A program made the translations under genes and the position numbers. From Eledone cirrhosa (lineage: Eukaryota), in the NCBI GenBank assembly GCA_964016885.1, contig OZ024741.1:280984001-281048000 (forward strand): a DNA stretch of 64,000 nt, in the 5' to 3' direction. How positions within the stretch are numbered: the stretch's first letter is position 1; each line of letters begins with the position of its first letter. This document shows positions 1 to 13,814 of this stretch, in pieces. Below the pieces are notes generated by a model, which saw nothing but the letters and a program-made list of their open reading frames with translations, did no database searches and was not told where the DNA came from.

Positions 1-199
1 CGTTTAAACATTCCCAGCGCTTGAATAATTCACAAGGTTTATTTTAAACAGTATTTAGCAGCTCATGTATAAACCTTGAAAAAGTTTTATTATATTCTTT
101 CAATTACCAGCCTGGCCAAAACTGGCTCTGGTTCTATGAAACAAAACCATCTATTTTAAATGAATTCTTATTTAAATAAAAATCATTACTATCTTAGAA

Positions 200-345
200 G
201 GGAGTCAGGTGTAAAAACCAAACCTGTTATCTTCAATTTGGTGTGTGCCAACCCTTACCTATGATCATGAATCTTGGGTAATGACCAACAGAATACAATT
301 GTGAATACAAGCAGCAGAAATGGGGTTCCTTTGAGGTGTAAGTAA
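200..345 (+). mobile_element. Decayed RTE LINE RT C-terminal fragment
   Basis: Remnant reading LTYDHESWVMT...IQAAEMGFL. Confidence 0.5.
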
Positions 346-1399
346 TGTTCAAAATATTAGCTTATTAATGAAGGAGTTGGTTATTTTATTAAATTCTTCC
401 AAATATTTGATTATTTTCAAAATTAACTAAAACACATAGGCAGTGTCTTTGATGAGAAATATGGCAAAGAAAGTGTTAAAACTGTAGTTATATCCAGCTT
501 AAGTTTACCTTAAAATCTTCAAACATAAGCTGTGTTCTAGCATAAATATTTATTATTTATCAAACAGTTACTTTTTATTCTTCAGATAATGATGTCTGAA
601 TAATATTTTATGAACATGTTGAAATGAGAGCTATGTAGTAATGTATTCTAAGAGATTGTAATTCATTTCTTTAGGTTAATGCACTTAGTGAGTAGACTAA
701 CATTAAAATATTATTTCGGTTTTTTTTTTCTTGATAGCGAGCACACTAAACAGGAGTTATAAAATATCTATTTGGGCAAGTAAAACACACCTGCCGACAA
801 ATGTTACTGCTGGTAGTGAAACTAATCAAGAAAGCAACAAACTATAAATCACAAGTGTTCCATCACAAAAACAACAACAACAATAACAATCCTCCTTCCC
901 TCAAATACAAGACAAAAGAAATAAAAATTAAATTCCTGGTTATATTACAGCAATAACCTTTCTTTTTCTACCTTATTGCCATTCTTAAATGTCATTCCTA
1001 TTAATGCTAAGCAGGGTTATTATATTAAGTGAAGTTTCTTCCTCCCATGAAGGAAAATATTTATAGTTACGGTAAAGAAGAAGTTATCTTAAAGTGCAAA
1101 TGAATTATGTATTTTCTGTCTGAATGTGTGTGTGTTTGTGTATGTGAGATTGTTCCTAAGATATATAAATATATTCCCCACAGGTACTTCTGTCCACTAT
1201 TTTCTGCCTCCATGGCTACTTTACCTGATTTTCTCGACTATTGTTTATAGTGACTAATTGTTATTATGGTTATTTGCATTGGGATGCACATATTTCAAAT
1301 TCTCCTAATGCTTTATAAGTCAACCAGTTGTTTATATAAATAAACATTTAAGTAAACAAAACAAAAAGCATTATAAAGCCATTTTCCTCACAAAAGCAG

Positions 1400-1600
1400 A
1401 AGGCACATAGTTTAGTGGTTAGAGAATTGGATTTGCAATCATGAAGTTGCAAGTTCAATTCCCAAACCAGGCGATGCATTATACCCTTGAGTAAGGCACG
1501 TTATTTCACATTTCTCTTTCTGCCAGGAGTTGTGACCAGTAGATAGTTTCAGTAATGGAAAGACCATTGGAAACCTTGTTTCCTTGGTCCAATTTAACGA
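1400..1600 (+). mobile_element. tRNA-derived SINE (CORE/V-like central domain)
   Basis: A-box-like (tagtttagtggttaga) and B-box-like (agttcaattcc) motifs, then ccttgagtaaggcac. Related copies at about 2297-2450, 13395-13720 and 43388-43565. Confidence 0.7.
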
Positions 1601-1659
1601 GTTCCACTCCACTCAGTAAGCAAATGAGGTCTAGGATCTTGTCAATCGTTTTAAAAAAA

Positions 1660-2215
1660 AAGTCTTGTGAGTCCTATAACACAGGCTTCTTTTTTGAGGC
1701 AATGTTTTAAAACCTGGATGGTCTCATGCAGGGATATGGTGCAGTATGTATTCACATACATGGATGAATACTTACAACAAAAAAGGGCATTTCATCCACT
1801 TTTTTCCAGAATTGGTCAAGCATGGAGTGCAATAATTTCACTACAAAAACCTGGAAAGCTCCCATCCCAAGATCTACAAAGTGTAAAGTTTTCACAGCTA
1901 CGGTCAAAACCATCTTACTATATGGTTCAGAATCCTGAACTCTCAGTGTTGCTCACTTGAGGAGACGTGACAGTTCCTACACCAAGATATTGCATGTGGT
2001 GTTCAACATTTCGTTAAATATATTCCTCAGGTTCCTGAAGTATTGTGGTAACTGAATCTAACGACACACAGAAGCCTTAAACAGTTAGAAGCTGTATGTG
2101 AGAGTGTTGGAGTAGAATCTTGTGTGTAGGAGACATTTTAACAATTTAAGATTTGACTTGCCATGAATATTGATTAATCTTGTCTGAACACCAGGTTCAT
2201 GTTGTATGGAAGTAA
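1660..2215. mobile_element. Decayed RTE LINE fragments (family related to 22759-25131)
   Basis: RIGQAWSAI...ILLYGSES-like remnants with frameshifts on the plus strand. The adjacent piece may be in the opposite orientation. Confidence 0.45.
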
Positions 2216-2456
2216 GCGTGTCTATAAATATATGCATGTGTATGTATGTATATATATACATACGTGTGTGTGTACTTGTATAACTATATGTATATAGGTG
2301 TGGGCATAGTTATGTGGTTAAGAAGTTCACTTTGGAGATATGTGGTTTCAGGTTCAGTCCTGCTATGTGGCATCTTGGCCAAATGTCTTCCACTAAAGCC
2401 ATGGGCTGACCAATGTTTTGTAAGTGAATTTGGTAGGCAGAAATTGCATCAGCACG

Positions 2457-2735
2457 TCATTCTTGAAAAGTACAAAACACCTTTATGGCAGCATCACAAT
2501 AAAAATGGAAGTCTTTACTCTAATATTGCAAATTTTCATAATGATTTGTTCACCAGTAAAGATACTATAAACATTCGAATTAACAAACTACATGAAACAA
2601 CATTAGCAAAGCAATACATTCTTGAAAAGTACAAAACAGCATTATGGTTGCATCCCAATAAAAATTAAAGTTTTTACTCTAATATTGCAAATTTTCATAA
2701 CGATCAGTCCACTAGTAAAGATACTATAAACATTT
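2457..2735. repeat. Tandem duplication, period about 159 bp
   Basis: cattcttgaaaagtacaaaaca...agtaaagatactataaacatt occurs twice. Confidence 0.85.
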
Positions 2736-2959
2736 GATAACCCCACCTCCAGATACTTTTTAGATATTATCTGCTAAATTATTACAGAATGTTAAGAGTT
2801 AATCTGCACCACATTTTCATATTGCAAAACTTAAATTAAAAAAAAAACTATATATATATATAAAATATATATAGTTCGGCTCTAACTGTCGTAACAGCCG
2901 AAGCTCAGCTGTCAGGGTCCTGACTCTTTTCCCATATATAAAACCTGGGATGATCTGAT

Positions 2960-3478
2960 AAATTCCGACCTTATACACTTGCACCTCTCTAAGACAATGT
3001 CACTGGACCGAGATCTTTGGCGCTATGCAGTAATACAGAAGACCCGCCTTGCCTATGTACAAAGCGAAACCTACAGCCAGTAGGCACCTCTTAACCAAAT
3101 ATACACCCCAATCCACTACCCCTACCCTATCCTCCCACTCCCACCAACACCTCTCTATAAAGTTGGTACCACAACATCCAGTCCAAATAAATGAGATAAA
3201 TGAGATCGAGATCGTGTAGGTGTTACGAGAAAAAAAACACTCAGTCCACGCTGTAATGTGGCCGTGTAGGTAACACGGTAAAACGTTCCCAGTTCCACAC
3301 TGTAAATGTGGTTGGTGTTAGGAAGGGCATCCAGCCGTAGAAAACCTGCCAGATAGTCCTATATGAGCGAGACACGGTCACCCGACCAACCTTGCCTCAA
3401 GTGGGACAACTCCCGTCTAACCCATGCTAGCGTGGAAAGTGGACGTTAAACGAGGATGATGATGATGATGATGATGAT
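2960..3478 (+). mobile_element. RTEX-like LINE 3' end (ORF tail, 3'UTR and (GAT)n tail)
   Basis: Matches the 3' ends at 38560-39050 and 57760-58160 and ends in (gat)n followed by (TA)n. Confidence 0.9.
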
Positions 3479-4294
3479 ATATATGTATATAAATATACAA
3501 ACAATACAAATTTCAAATTAGCAACATAAATACTGTTCAGAGAGTTATTGATCAAGAAATAAATGACAGTCAAATTATTTTTATGAATAAAAAAGAAGAC
3601 CCCCCCCCTCCACACACACACGTAACAGAATTGAATATCATCATAACTTCACTTACCTGGGAGTGTGGAAGTAAATACAAGGCTTGTTAAGCCAAAACTG
3701 GCTCTGCTTCTTTCAAACAAAACTACCTTTTCTAAAGGGTTCCAATTTAAATTAAAATCTTCCAGTATAATTTTAGATAAGAACCATATGTTAAATTACT
3801 ATCTTTGTAATGAAATGATTAATGATTTTAGTAAGTCCGTCAAGATTCTCCATTAATCAAGTGAAATACTGTGTATTTCATTAGAAACATGGACATGAAA
3901 GGGTTATACAACACACACACAACAAACCTCTAGAATGTTCCAATTCCATCTTATTCTGAATTATATTTTTACTTTGGTTTGATTATTGATTCCCCTTCCA
4001 ATTCTTCAATATAACCCTCACCCAACCATCTACCAACCAATTAACGTATAACCTTGCCCCCAAGGAGATGGACTTGGCTGAAGTTAACACAATCCATTTG
4101 ATTAACTTTCAATTTTGTCATCAAATCCATTTAAATTTGACTGTCAGGCATTCTACCCTATAATGATATCTATATTTTCTTAAGTATGGAGTACTAAGTT
4201 GAATAATGGTCTTACTGGTATGCATTTATATACATACATAGATATGTATACATACATACATACATAGATATGTATACATATCATGATGCCGATG

Positions 4295-4325
<31 letters not shown>

Positions 4326-5004
4326 CGAAATCACTGGATATCGATATAAATGCACACACACACCCACCCACATATATATAATATATGTTGTTGCCACAAT
4401 AAAATGTACTCAGCCCACACAGTAAAGTGGTAGTACTGGTGCTATGCTATGATAAAATGCACCCAGCCCACTCTGTAAAGTGGTAGTACTGGTGTCTCAA
4501 TAAAATATTACCAATCAAAACAGCACAAAGTAAATATTATTATACATGATACTTATAACAGAAAGAGTGCACAACATAAAGAAAGTTTAGTAATGGCTAC
4601 TGCTTAATTTAAAAAAAAACATGCAAAAGATACACATACATGCAAGAACAAAATGAGATACAGATATTGAGTGCTTCTAAAAAGTATTTTAGGTGCTTTC
4701 AATCCATAGTGAGTTTATAGAAAAATGGAATAAAAATATTGCCTGCAAATAAAACAAGGCAGGGAACTAGTTTCTCAGATCAGTCACCAGGGAAATATAA
4801 GAAAGGGATCAGAAAAATCTCAGCAAATTCCAAAGTTTTATTAAGTAGGGAGTGACCATGCTCAACATGTAAAAAAAAGGAGCAGGTACAATTTACTCAA
4901 TTTAAGGTATGGGTCCACAGGAGAACTTTGCTTGTAGAAGATGCAAAGGAGAAACAAGAAGAAGACTGCTAATGATATAAACCTTTTCCAGTCACAGGAA
5001 GGAT

Positions 5005-5627
5005 CCATAGATGTGGTTGATAGCTTCTGCTATATAGGTGACTTAATTAGCACTGGAGGAGAGGGCCTAAGAGTATAATAGCTAGAATAAACATAGGATG
5101 GAAGAAGTTTAGAGAACTGCTCCCACTGCTGACAACAAAAAGTTTCTCCCTACGTACAAAAGGAAGGCTGTATGACACGTGTGTGGTGTGTAATGCTGCA
5201 GGGTAGTGAAACATGGGTTGTGACTGTAGAGAACATGCGTAGACTGGAGAGAAATGAAGCAACCATGTTTCGTTGGATGTGTAATGTAAATGTGAGAGAG
5301 AGAGGCAGAGTTTGGACAAGCTGAGAGAGAAGCTGAGTTTAAGGGGAATCTGAGATGGTGTACAAGAGAGAAGACTGCATTGATATGGACATGTGATCCA
5401 CATAGACAATGACCGATGGGTGAAGAAATGTCAGGAAATCCCAGTGGAAGGAAGCTGCAACAGAGGATGACCAAGGAAGACCTTGGCAGAGGTTGTGAGA
5501 ATGGACTTCAAATTGCTAGGAGGAGATGACGAAGGAACATGACAAGTGGAGAGATGCTGTGCTGAGAAGGACCCATCCAACCCTGGCAAGTGTGGAAAGT
5601 GGACGTAAAAACAATGATGATGATGAT
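5005..5627 (+). mobile_element. Decayed 5'-truncated RTEX-like LINE
   Basis: Homologous to 30710-31345 ([13 protein letters not shown]; WRDAVL), with a (gat)n tail. Confidence 0.85.
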
Positions 5628-5792
5628 ATATATATATATATACACAAATTAATTTATATCAATATTATAGAAAATATTGATTTGCTGCACCATAACTGCT
5701 CAATGTAAAATTGGCGCAGAAATATCAAAAAGAGAAAACAGAGCACCCTCATACAGATAATTTTAAGGATAAAACATTTTTAATATCTTGCA

Positions 5793-8700
5793 AAATCCTA
5801 CTTCAGTGCCTCAAAAGTGGCGCAGCGGTGACCCTGGTTGTCTGATAGCTACAGTAGCGGGACTCAATTTCCTGGCAGGTTTTACCATTGGTCCTAGAGA
5901 TGATTCATCATCTTCTAGAGTTCAAAAGCTAGCTAAACTGAAGAGGTACCGGCCTGCCCACCCAGCCAGTGGGATGGCATCATCTTATGGCTAAAACAGC
6001 ATGAAGAAAAGGGCCTCAGTACCCTGCGCGTCAATCAGGCCACTCCATGACGGCGGAGTGCAACCCGAGCGACGAGAGGCTGCTAAGAATCACAGGTTCC
6101 CGAAGGCCGCCATGGAACAGTACTAACCTTGCCATATGCACCTACAACTGCAGGTCTTTGGCAGGGGGGCAAGTACTGAACCACCTAATGGAGAAGAAGA
6201 AGATCAGGTACGACGTATTAGGGCTGTGCAAGACCCGCCAGAAGAAGGAGGCGAGTTCGCGATGGCAAGATGGATGCGCCATGAGACTCGGGGAAAGCAG
6301 AGGGTGCCAGATTGGTCGGAGGTATAGGGTTCATTGTAAGCAAGGAATGGGCTTCGAAGGTCGCTTCTTGCCAGTTCATATCGTCACGGATTGGTGTACT
6401 GAATGTGAACCTCTCAGGGAAGGCCACCCTCAAGATCGTCCAGACCTACGCTCCCACAAGTGCCAGTGACGACGATGAAGTGGAAGAATTCTATCGCCAG
6501 CTAGACAAAGTGCTAGCTGTGAAGTCCACTTACACCATCGTGATGGGAGACTTCAACGCAAAGGTTGGATAGGGACGGCAAGGGGAAGAGTATGTCGGAA
6601 GATTCGGCCTAGGAGAGCGAAATGAGAGAGGAGAGCGTCTGGTTACCATGGCGGAGGCGAGACGGCTCTACATTGGAAACAGCCTATTCAGGAAGGAGGA
6701 AGAGATGGACCTGGGTATCGCCAAATTCTGAGCAGCGAAACGAGATCAACTACATCCTGGTCGACAAACGACGCATACTGCAGGACGTCTACGTCATAAT
6801 GCCATTCAACACTGGCAGTGATCATCGTCTGGTGAGGGCAAAGGTGGTCATTGACCGGACGAGGGAGAAGAAGGCGCTGCATTTGGCATCGAAGGGAGAA
6901 CGCGTCCGGGTCTTCAACGAGGCGCAGCTGCAGGAAGTCATCATGCAGGAAAACTGGCGTCAAGGAGACGGCATAGACGCTGACTATGACTCACTGATAA
7001 GGAAACTGAAGGAGTGCTTGAGGAAGGCTAAGGGTGTGTGCCCGAGGGAGCGGAAGGGAAGAGTCTCGGAGGAAACTATGAAGTTGCTTGAGAAGAGGAA
7101 GAATATGAAGAGGACACCTGAAGATCACCTCGAATATTCCCTTCTCAGCAGAGTGATACGTCAATAACTGAAGAAAGACTACGAGGCATACCGGATATAG
7201 AAACTCCTGAAGAACACAGAGGAAAAGAAGAGCCTCAAAAAATGCGAGAGGGACATGGCAATTAACAGATCGGAGGTGACGACCCTGAAGAACACAGCTG
7301 GCGTACCGGTCAGCGACAAGAGTGAGGTGGAAAAGATTTGCGAAGACTTCTACATCAAGCTCTTCAACTCTGCCGGGAATGTGCAGCCATTGCCATCACT
7401 CCAACAGGAAGAAAATGTGCCACCCATCCTTGTCAGCGAGGTCGGAAGAGCCGTCGGCTTGATGAAAAGCGGAAAGGCGCCAGGGAAAGATGGTATAACA
7501 TCGGAGGTGTTGAAGTCAGGCGCAGAGCAGCTCTGGAAAATCCTCGCCGAGCGATTCACACACTATCTGGACGAGGGAAGAATACCCTCGCAGTGGAAAG
7601 AGTCGAATACCATCCTGCTATACAAGAAGGGTGATAGAGAAGATCTGAAGAACTACGGACCCATATTCCTGCTGTCTCACGTGTACAAGCTGTTCACGAA
7701 GATAATCCTGAACAGGTTATCACGTCATCTGGACAAACAGCAACCAAGAGAGCAAGCCGGCTTTCGGAAGAATTACAGCACGATGGACCACATATTTACT
7801 CAACTGCTTGAGCGAGCGAAAGAGTTTAAGATACCTCTTTGCGTCGCGTTCGTAGACTACGAGAATGCCCCCGACAGCGTCAAAATCAATGCAGTGCTGA
7901 ACTCGCTGCAGAGGCAAGGAGTCAAGGTGCAATACGTTCAACTGCTCAAGGAGGCGAATTCTGGATGCACCACCGACATAGCTCTGCTGTCATCACCCGT
8001 ACAAGTGCCGGTCGAGAAGGGAGTGAAGTAAGGAGATACGATCTCTACAAAACTTTTCACCGCATGTCTCGAGGAGATCATCAGAGGCATTGACTGGCAA
8101 GGCGGTGTCATCGTACTCATCGCTGAAACCACGGATCAGCTTCAGACCATGCTGACGGAGCTCGACATCAAAAGCTCTGCAGTAGGCCTCAAGATGAACC
8201 GCATGAAAACGAAGTTCATGCGGTCCGACAACGTACCAACAGGCCGAATGGTGGTTAGGGTAATGAAATAGAGGAGGTGAAGGAATACATCTACCTGGGA
8301 CAAGAAGTGAACATGCGCCAAGACATTGAGAGGGAGATCTCGCGGAGATTAAGGGCCGGATGGAAGGCGTTCAACAGCATAAGGGATGTGCTCAAGGGGA
8401 GGTTGGACAAGACCACCCGCGCCAACCTCTTCAATAGCACAGTTTTACCTGCAATGTTATATGGCAGTGAAACTTGGGCTACAACGAAGAGAGAAGAGCA
8501 GAGGCTGGTAACGGCTCAATGAGCCATGGTGAGATCAATGCTAGGAATCTCGTTGAGAGAGCACATCAGGAGCGAAGTCATCAGGCAGAAGTCCAGCATG
8601 AGGGACGTCATCACGGAATATATGCGCAGCAAGTTCAGATGGGCTGGACACGTCTCCCGGTTCACCGATAATCAGTGGACCCGCGCAAGCGGAAACGACC

Positions 8701-8838
8701 ACTCGGAAGGCCTCCACAAAGGTGGAGTTACAATTTTAGGAATATGATTGGGACTACATGGATGAGGAAAGCACGATTCAGAGAGGAATGGACGGCGTGC
8801 TGAATGGGCGTCCGACAGACTGGTCGGTCAAGGTGATC
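5793..8838 (+). mobile_element. Near full-length RTE-1-like LINE, disrupted, with TSD
   Basis: APE endonuclease motifs (CTYNCRSL, YAPT, GDFNAKVG, SDHRLV) and RT motifs (EQAGFR, FVDYE, WAGHV), broken by stops and frameshifts. Flanked by the 11-bp direct repeat aatatcttgca at 5782-5792 and 8839-8849. Confidence 0.92.
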
Positions 8839-10110
8839 AATATCTTGCAGAAAAAAAAAATAGAACCAAGCAGAACATTAAAAATAGTACTTACATATAT
8901 AACTTCATTAAGTTTGTAATATATATAGGTACACCACAAAATTTTGATTGTATTGACTATAAGTTGTAATGCAACTAACTATACTGGTAGATGAGTGAGT
9001 GTTGATATGTGATATGAAAAACATATTAAACAATTGATCTATGGGGTACTACAGTGCAGTAGAAGTGCTAGAAATAATTTTACTGAGTCACTGATGTGAG
9101 ATTGATACCAACCGGAATGAATTTCAGGAACTCATACACTGCTTTTTCTAAGATCTAAATTTCATAAAAAAAGACAGGGATATTATTGAAAATTGATTCC
9201 ATCATCTATTTTGCTAAACTATTGTTTCTTTAAATTCATTTTTAAACAAAAAAATTATCAGTATGAATTCTTTTTTCATGAGAAAATAAAATATAAAACA
9301 AACACAATAATTAAACTAGTTATGGCATATCATGTGCATTCAAAATTACTGTATTTATTATTATTAAAGAAATACTTATTGTTAAAAAGAAATAATAATA
9401 ATAATTGTTACTTTTTGGTGCATCACTTTTCACTATATATAATGAATAAGACTATGTAGATATGGTATGGTCCCATAACTCCTGATGGAGTTGTCGGGAC
9501 ACTGTAGTGACATACAGAATTTCTTGGGCATTTTAAGCCTGGTGAAGTCGATCCTTCTCCAGGCCTGGGTACAGCAGATTTCTTCCAAAAAAAGGATAGA
9601 AAGTAACAGAGAAAGAGATATAGAGGAAGAATAGACTGGTACTTTTTTTATTGACCACGAATGGGATTTGGACTCAGAGAGCAGAGAGCTGGAATGAAAG
9701 TATGAAAATGAAAGTAAGAAAAAAGTGGGGGAAAAAGCCTACGAAGTTAATGACACACCACAACAAGGGGTGCTGGAGCTTCCTACTAATATTTTTTTAA
9801 GCAAAACCCAAAACACTCACATGTCGTAGATGATAGTGGTGCCACAAGAAAACAAACCTGGGACATGCTGTGAAGGGGTTGGCATTAGGAAGGGTTTCCA
9901 GTCATAGAAATCATTCCAGAATGGAACATATGAGCAAGACACAGTCGACTGACTTGTCTGTCTAACCTCAGTGTGTGACAATCCATCTAATCCATACAAG
10001 GATGGACAAAATGTAAAATGGTAATGATGATGATAATGAGGATCCTACATTGTTGTCATGCCAAGTAAGGAAAATTGTTGTAAGAGTCACCCACAAACAT
10101 CTTAAGTGTT

Positions 10111-10581
10111 TACCCTTTTAGATAGCAAGCCACCTAAAACTGGTTTTTGTTCTATAAAAATAAGCTGTTTATATTAAAGTGTTGATATTTATCTAAAAAC
10201 CTTCCAATCATGTTAAGTCATTTTCCAAACACCAACTTAATAATGGCTTCTGATTTAGGCAGAAGGCCAACAATTTTGGGGGGAGGGGAAAGTTGATTAA
10301 ATCCATCCCATGCATTACTAGTACTTTATTTTATCAACCCTGTAAAGATGAAAGGCAAAGCTAATCTCAGTAGGATTTGAACTCAGAATATAGAGAGCTG
10401 TAACTACATGCTGCAAAGCATGTTGTCTGATGCTCTACTGATACTGTCAATCCACTGCCTTCAAACACCAGCTTAATAATGAGAAAGTTAGTTATATTAT
10501 TACTAAACTCCTCCCAAATTATTTTCAAAATTATTTGAAAATAATATGCAGTGTCTTTCATTATGGTAACAGAAGGGTTAA
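10111..10581. mobile_element. Non-autonomous DNA element with ttaccct...agggttaa ends (piggyBac-like), containing a nested SINE
   Basis: Related copies at about 110-480 and 3685-3905. A minus-strand SINE at about 10245-10461 is flanked by the TSD caaacacca(a/g)cttaataat at 10226 and 10462. Confidence 0.55.
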
Positions 10582-11959
10582 ATATATAATTTTGCATGAA
10601 ACTATCACTGGAGAACAACCACCCACCTAATCATAAAACTATCAATCACCAATAGTTTACAACACCTAGCTTACTTTCAAATTATCTTCCTATTTCTTCT
10701 CTCTCTCAAGTTTACTCAATATTTCTGTGTCTCTAAACTTGATTAGCAAAAACCTGCCCTACCCATCCACCTCATGCCTAAACCCACTAATACACAGAAG
10801 TTTCTATATATCCCCCTCTAGTCACTTCTGATGTTTGGATGTTCATTCTGCTCATATTTTTCCTTTAACTGTCATCATCTTCATCACGTTATATCTACTT
10901 TATTTTCAAACTGATAACTAACTGCACTTATCTCACCCAGTTATTTTTATCTCTCTTGGATTAAGACTTTGGGCCCTGCCTTTCTTCCATAGAGTAAATA
11001 ATAATTTATTACATAAACACAAGCTCTTGTTAGCAACAGAAAAGCAGCTGCTCACTGTATGGTAAGATCTTTCACAGAAACCCCAAATATTTATATTTGG
11101 AAATATAATTATTTAATGCCATAAATATTCACACATCAAGCAAGATGCAAGATGTTAAAATAGCCAAAAATGGCAGTGTTAAATTAAGTGCTGTTCAGTA
11201 TTTAAATCTATTCTTCTAAATTCTTAGTGGAAATCTTGCTGGGGGTAGGGTCAACTTCACTTTTCATTATTCAAAGGAGATATGCAAAGAACCTATATAA
11301 AAAAAATAGCAGGAGGCTAAATGGGAGTAACAAACCAGTAACAAACTTTTACCAAACATTTTTGGTATGCATTTAAATATTTACTATACAGGTGGGTGGT
11401 GAAAAACTTTTCCATGTGAAAGTGGGCGATGATGCCAAAAAAGTTGGGACCCCCTGCTTTAGGCTAACCTAAAGTAAATTTGTAGCCTTGTGCCATAGTG
11501 AGAATTCATTATCCTTGTACAGAAGCAGTACCATAGTCAAGAAGGTAAGGAAAATCATTATTATATAGAAACTACATAAAATAACAGCATCAGCCTGATG
11601 ACATCCATCACCCCCATACCAGTAATTGATGCAGGCCTATAGTGGTTTTGCCAGGATGTGGGTGGCTTAATTCTTTCTAGAGCTGTTTGGATCTGGTGAA
11701 TGAGGTTGAATGTAGGTTTATGGATTGCATTTGCTCGAGTTCATGGATGGCTTTGGTTTGATCTGGATGTATTCAAGTTAAAGAGCCAATTTCTTCTTCT
11801 TCAGAGAGAGAGAGAGAGAGGGGGGGGGGGGAGAAAGATGGAAAATTTGCAGATAGTTGGAATGAATACTGCAAAGCATTCTATCCAACATTCTCATGAA
11901 ACTGCTAATTTGCCACCTATACAAAATAAGAAGATAAATAAATATAAGTGAAAACTAAC

Positions 11960-12162
11960 ATCGAAATATCTGCTCCTCTTTCCAGTAAGTAATTCACACA
12001 GGCTATTGAGTTCTTTCTAATTGAACTGTTGTTGATTGCTACATGAAGAGGTGTAAAGCCATTACATGATAGTAGGTTAATATTGCAATGATGTTCTTCA
12101 ATTAGGAATTTTAAACAGTTAAGATGTCCATGTATAGCTGCTATGTGCAATAGTGATAAACC
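11960..12162 (-). CDS. ANKRD53: Ankyrin-repeat protein (ANKRD53-like), second coding exon
   Basis: Acceptor tttatttctag| followed by GLSLLHIAAIHGHLNCLKFLIEEHHCNINLLSCNGFTPLHVAINNSSIRKNSIACVNYLLERGADIS, then |gttagt. Contains two ankyrin repeats. Its phase 0 start matches the previous exon. Confidence 0.85.
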
Positions 12163-13394
12163 CTAGAAATAAAGCAACAAGAATAAGTTCAATCAAACAA
12201 AAGATGGTGGGGAACATGTATGGAAAATGGGTGCATGATGATGATGGTGGTGTGTATGTTTGTATATGTGTGTGTGTGTATGTTTGTGTGTGTGCGTATG
12301 TGTGATTAGTCAAGGAAGAAAGAACATCTGGTATTTTATTTTCTCAGGGTCTTTGAGATTAGTGGATGGAAGAAAAATAGTTATCTTTAAACTGTAGACC
12401 TAGCCTAAATTCTTCTAACAGAATGAACTCTGCTAATGCTATCCAAGAAGCAAGTGGTGATGTTTAACTGGGTGAAGGATTAAGTCATGCAATAAGCTTG
12501 ACAGAATCTGTTGTTCCAATCTACCAAATTCCTTTAAAGTAAGACACTTCTAAAGTGAAACTTGGACACTTACTATCAAACAACAAATGTGTTTTAATGG
12601 AGTATATACAACCTTGCTTTGTTGCACTCAAAACATAAGCTAGAGGTAACATAAAAAATATGATGGTTTCCCTCACATTTCTGATATTGTTTGAAAAAGT
12701 AGGATGAGATTTAAAGACGACTGCAATCACACCTCAAATAAAGTTTTCTTTATTAGTGTTTTGGAAATCAATAACTGTCAAAAACCAAAGATGTTGCAGT
12801 CCTATCCTGATGTCATTGCCTGATACTCTAGTATTGATGTTTGGTATCTAGGCAATGCCATGAGCAACATGGCATGGAGATCTATCGTTGAGTTTATCCA
12901 ATCTGATATAATTAGCTCCTTTCCTTTCCATGTCTTAAAATATCGATTATATGTGATGGGGGAAATCTATTATTAATTTAGTGAACAATTCACTAAATCA
13001 ATAATAGATCTCCCTCATGACATATAATCAATATTCTAATGCATGGAAAAGAAAAGGGGATAATTATCAGATTGAATCAAGGAAACAATGTTCCTATTGG
13101 TCTTTCCATTGCTAATGCTATCTGCTGGTAAGAACACTTAGCAGAAGGTGGGATTTGAACTCAGAATGCACTGAGCTGGATCAGATACTCAAAGCATATT
13201 GTCCAACTCTTTAACAATTCCACCAATTCACTACCCCTCTATATATTCTTTATATATCGACCCTGAAAGGATGAAAGGCAAAGTTGATCTCTGTAGGATT
13301 TGAACATCGAGTGCAGTAAGCCAGAACAAATACAGAGCCATTTGAGCTGACAGACTAACAACTGCTAAATTACTGCATTTAATAGATTTAAGTG

Positions 13395-13720
13395 AAGGCA
13401 TGTGGCTTAGTGGTTAGAGCATTGGATTTACAATCATGAGGTGATGAGTTTGATTCCCGTATTGGGTGACGTGTTATGTTTTTGAGCAAGACATTTTATT
13501 TCACATTGCTCCAGTTCACTGTAGAAATGAGTTGTGATGTTACTGGTGCCAAGCTGTATCAGTCTTTGCCTTTCCCTTGGACAACATCAATGGCATGAAG
13601 AGAGGTGACTGGGTTGCTGATCTTCCACAAAAATACCTTTCTTGGACTTATGCCTTGGAAGGGAACTTTCTAGATGTAAATCCCATGGTCATTTGTGACT
13701 CAAGGGGTCTTTACCCTAAT
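13395..13720 (+). mobile_element. tRNA-derived SINE, near full length
   Basis: tggcttagtggttagagc A-box, B-box-like gagtttgattcc, and a ttgagcaagacattttatttcac core. Confidence 0.8.
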
Positions 13721-13814
13721 ATATTCAAGCTGATAGACTAACAACCCTGCAAAATTACTACATTTTATAAATAAGCTTAGGAAAATGAAAATGAAAATAT
13801 ATTTACAATCCTAC

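Noticed and set aside
2246-2668. 140-aa ORF with an internal repeat
   Set aside because: It is composed of microsatellite, a SINE and a 159-bp tandem duplication, with no domain or splice support.
3651-3660. ACTTACCTGG matching the U1 snRNA 5' end
   Set aside because: The downstream sequence does not continue as U1. It is better read as a splice donor on the minus strand.
11594-11602. Isolated CTGATGA words (also about 15430, 24087 and 58916)
   Set aside because: There is no correctly placed GAAA or flanking stems.
13395-13470. tRNA-like sequences at SINE heads
   Set aside because: They have A and B boxes but no intact cloverleaf, and they continue into SINE bodies.
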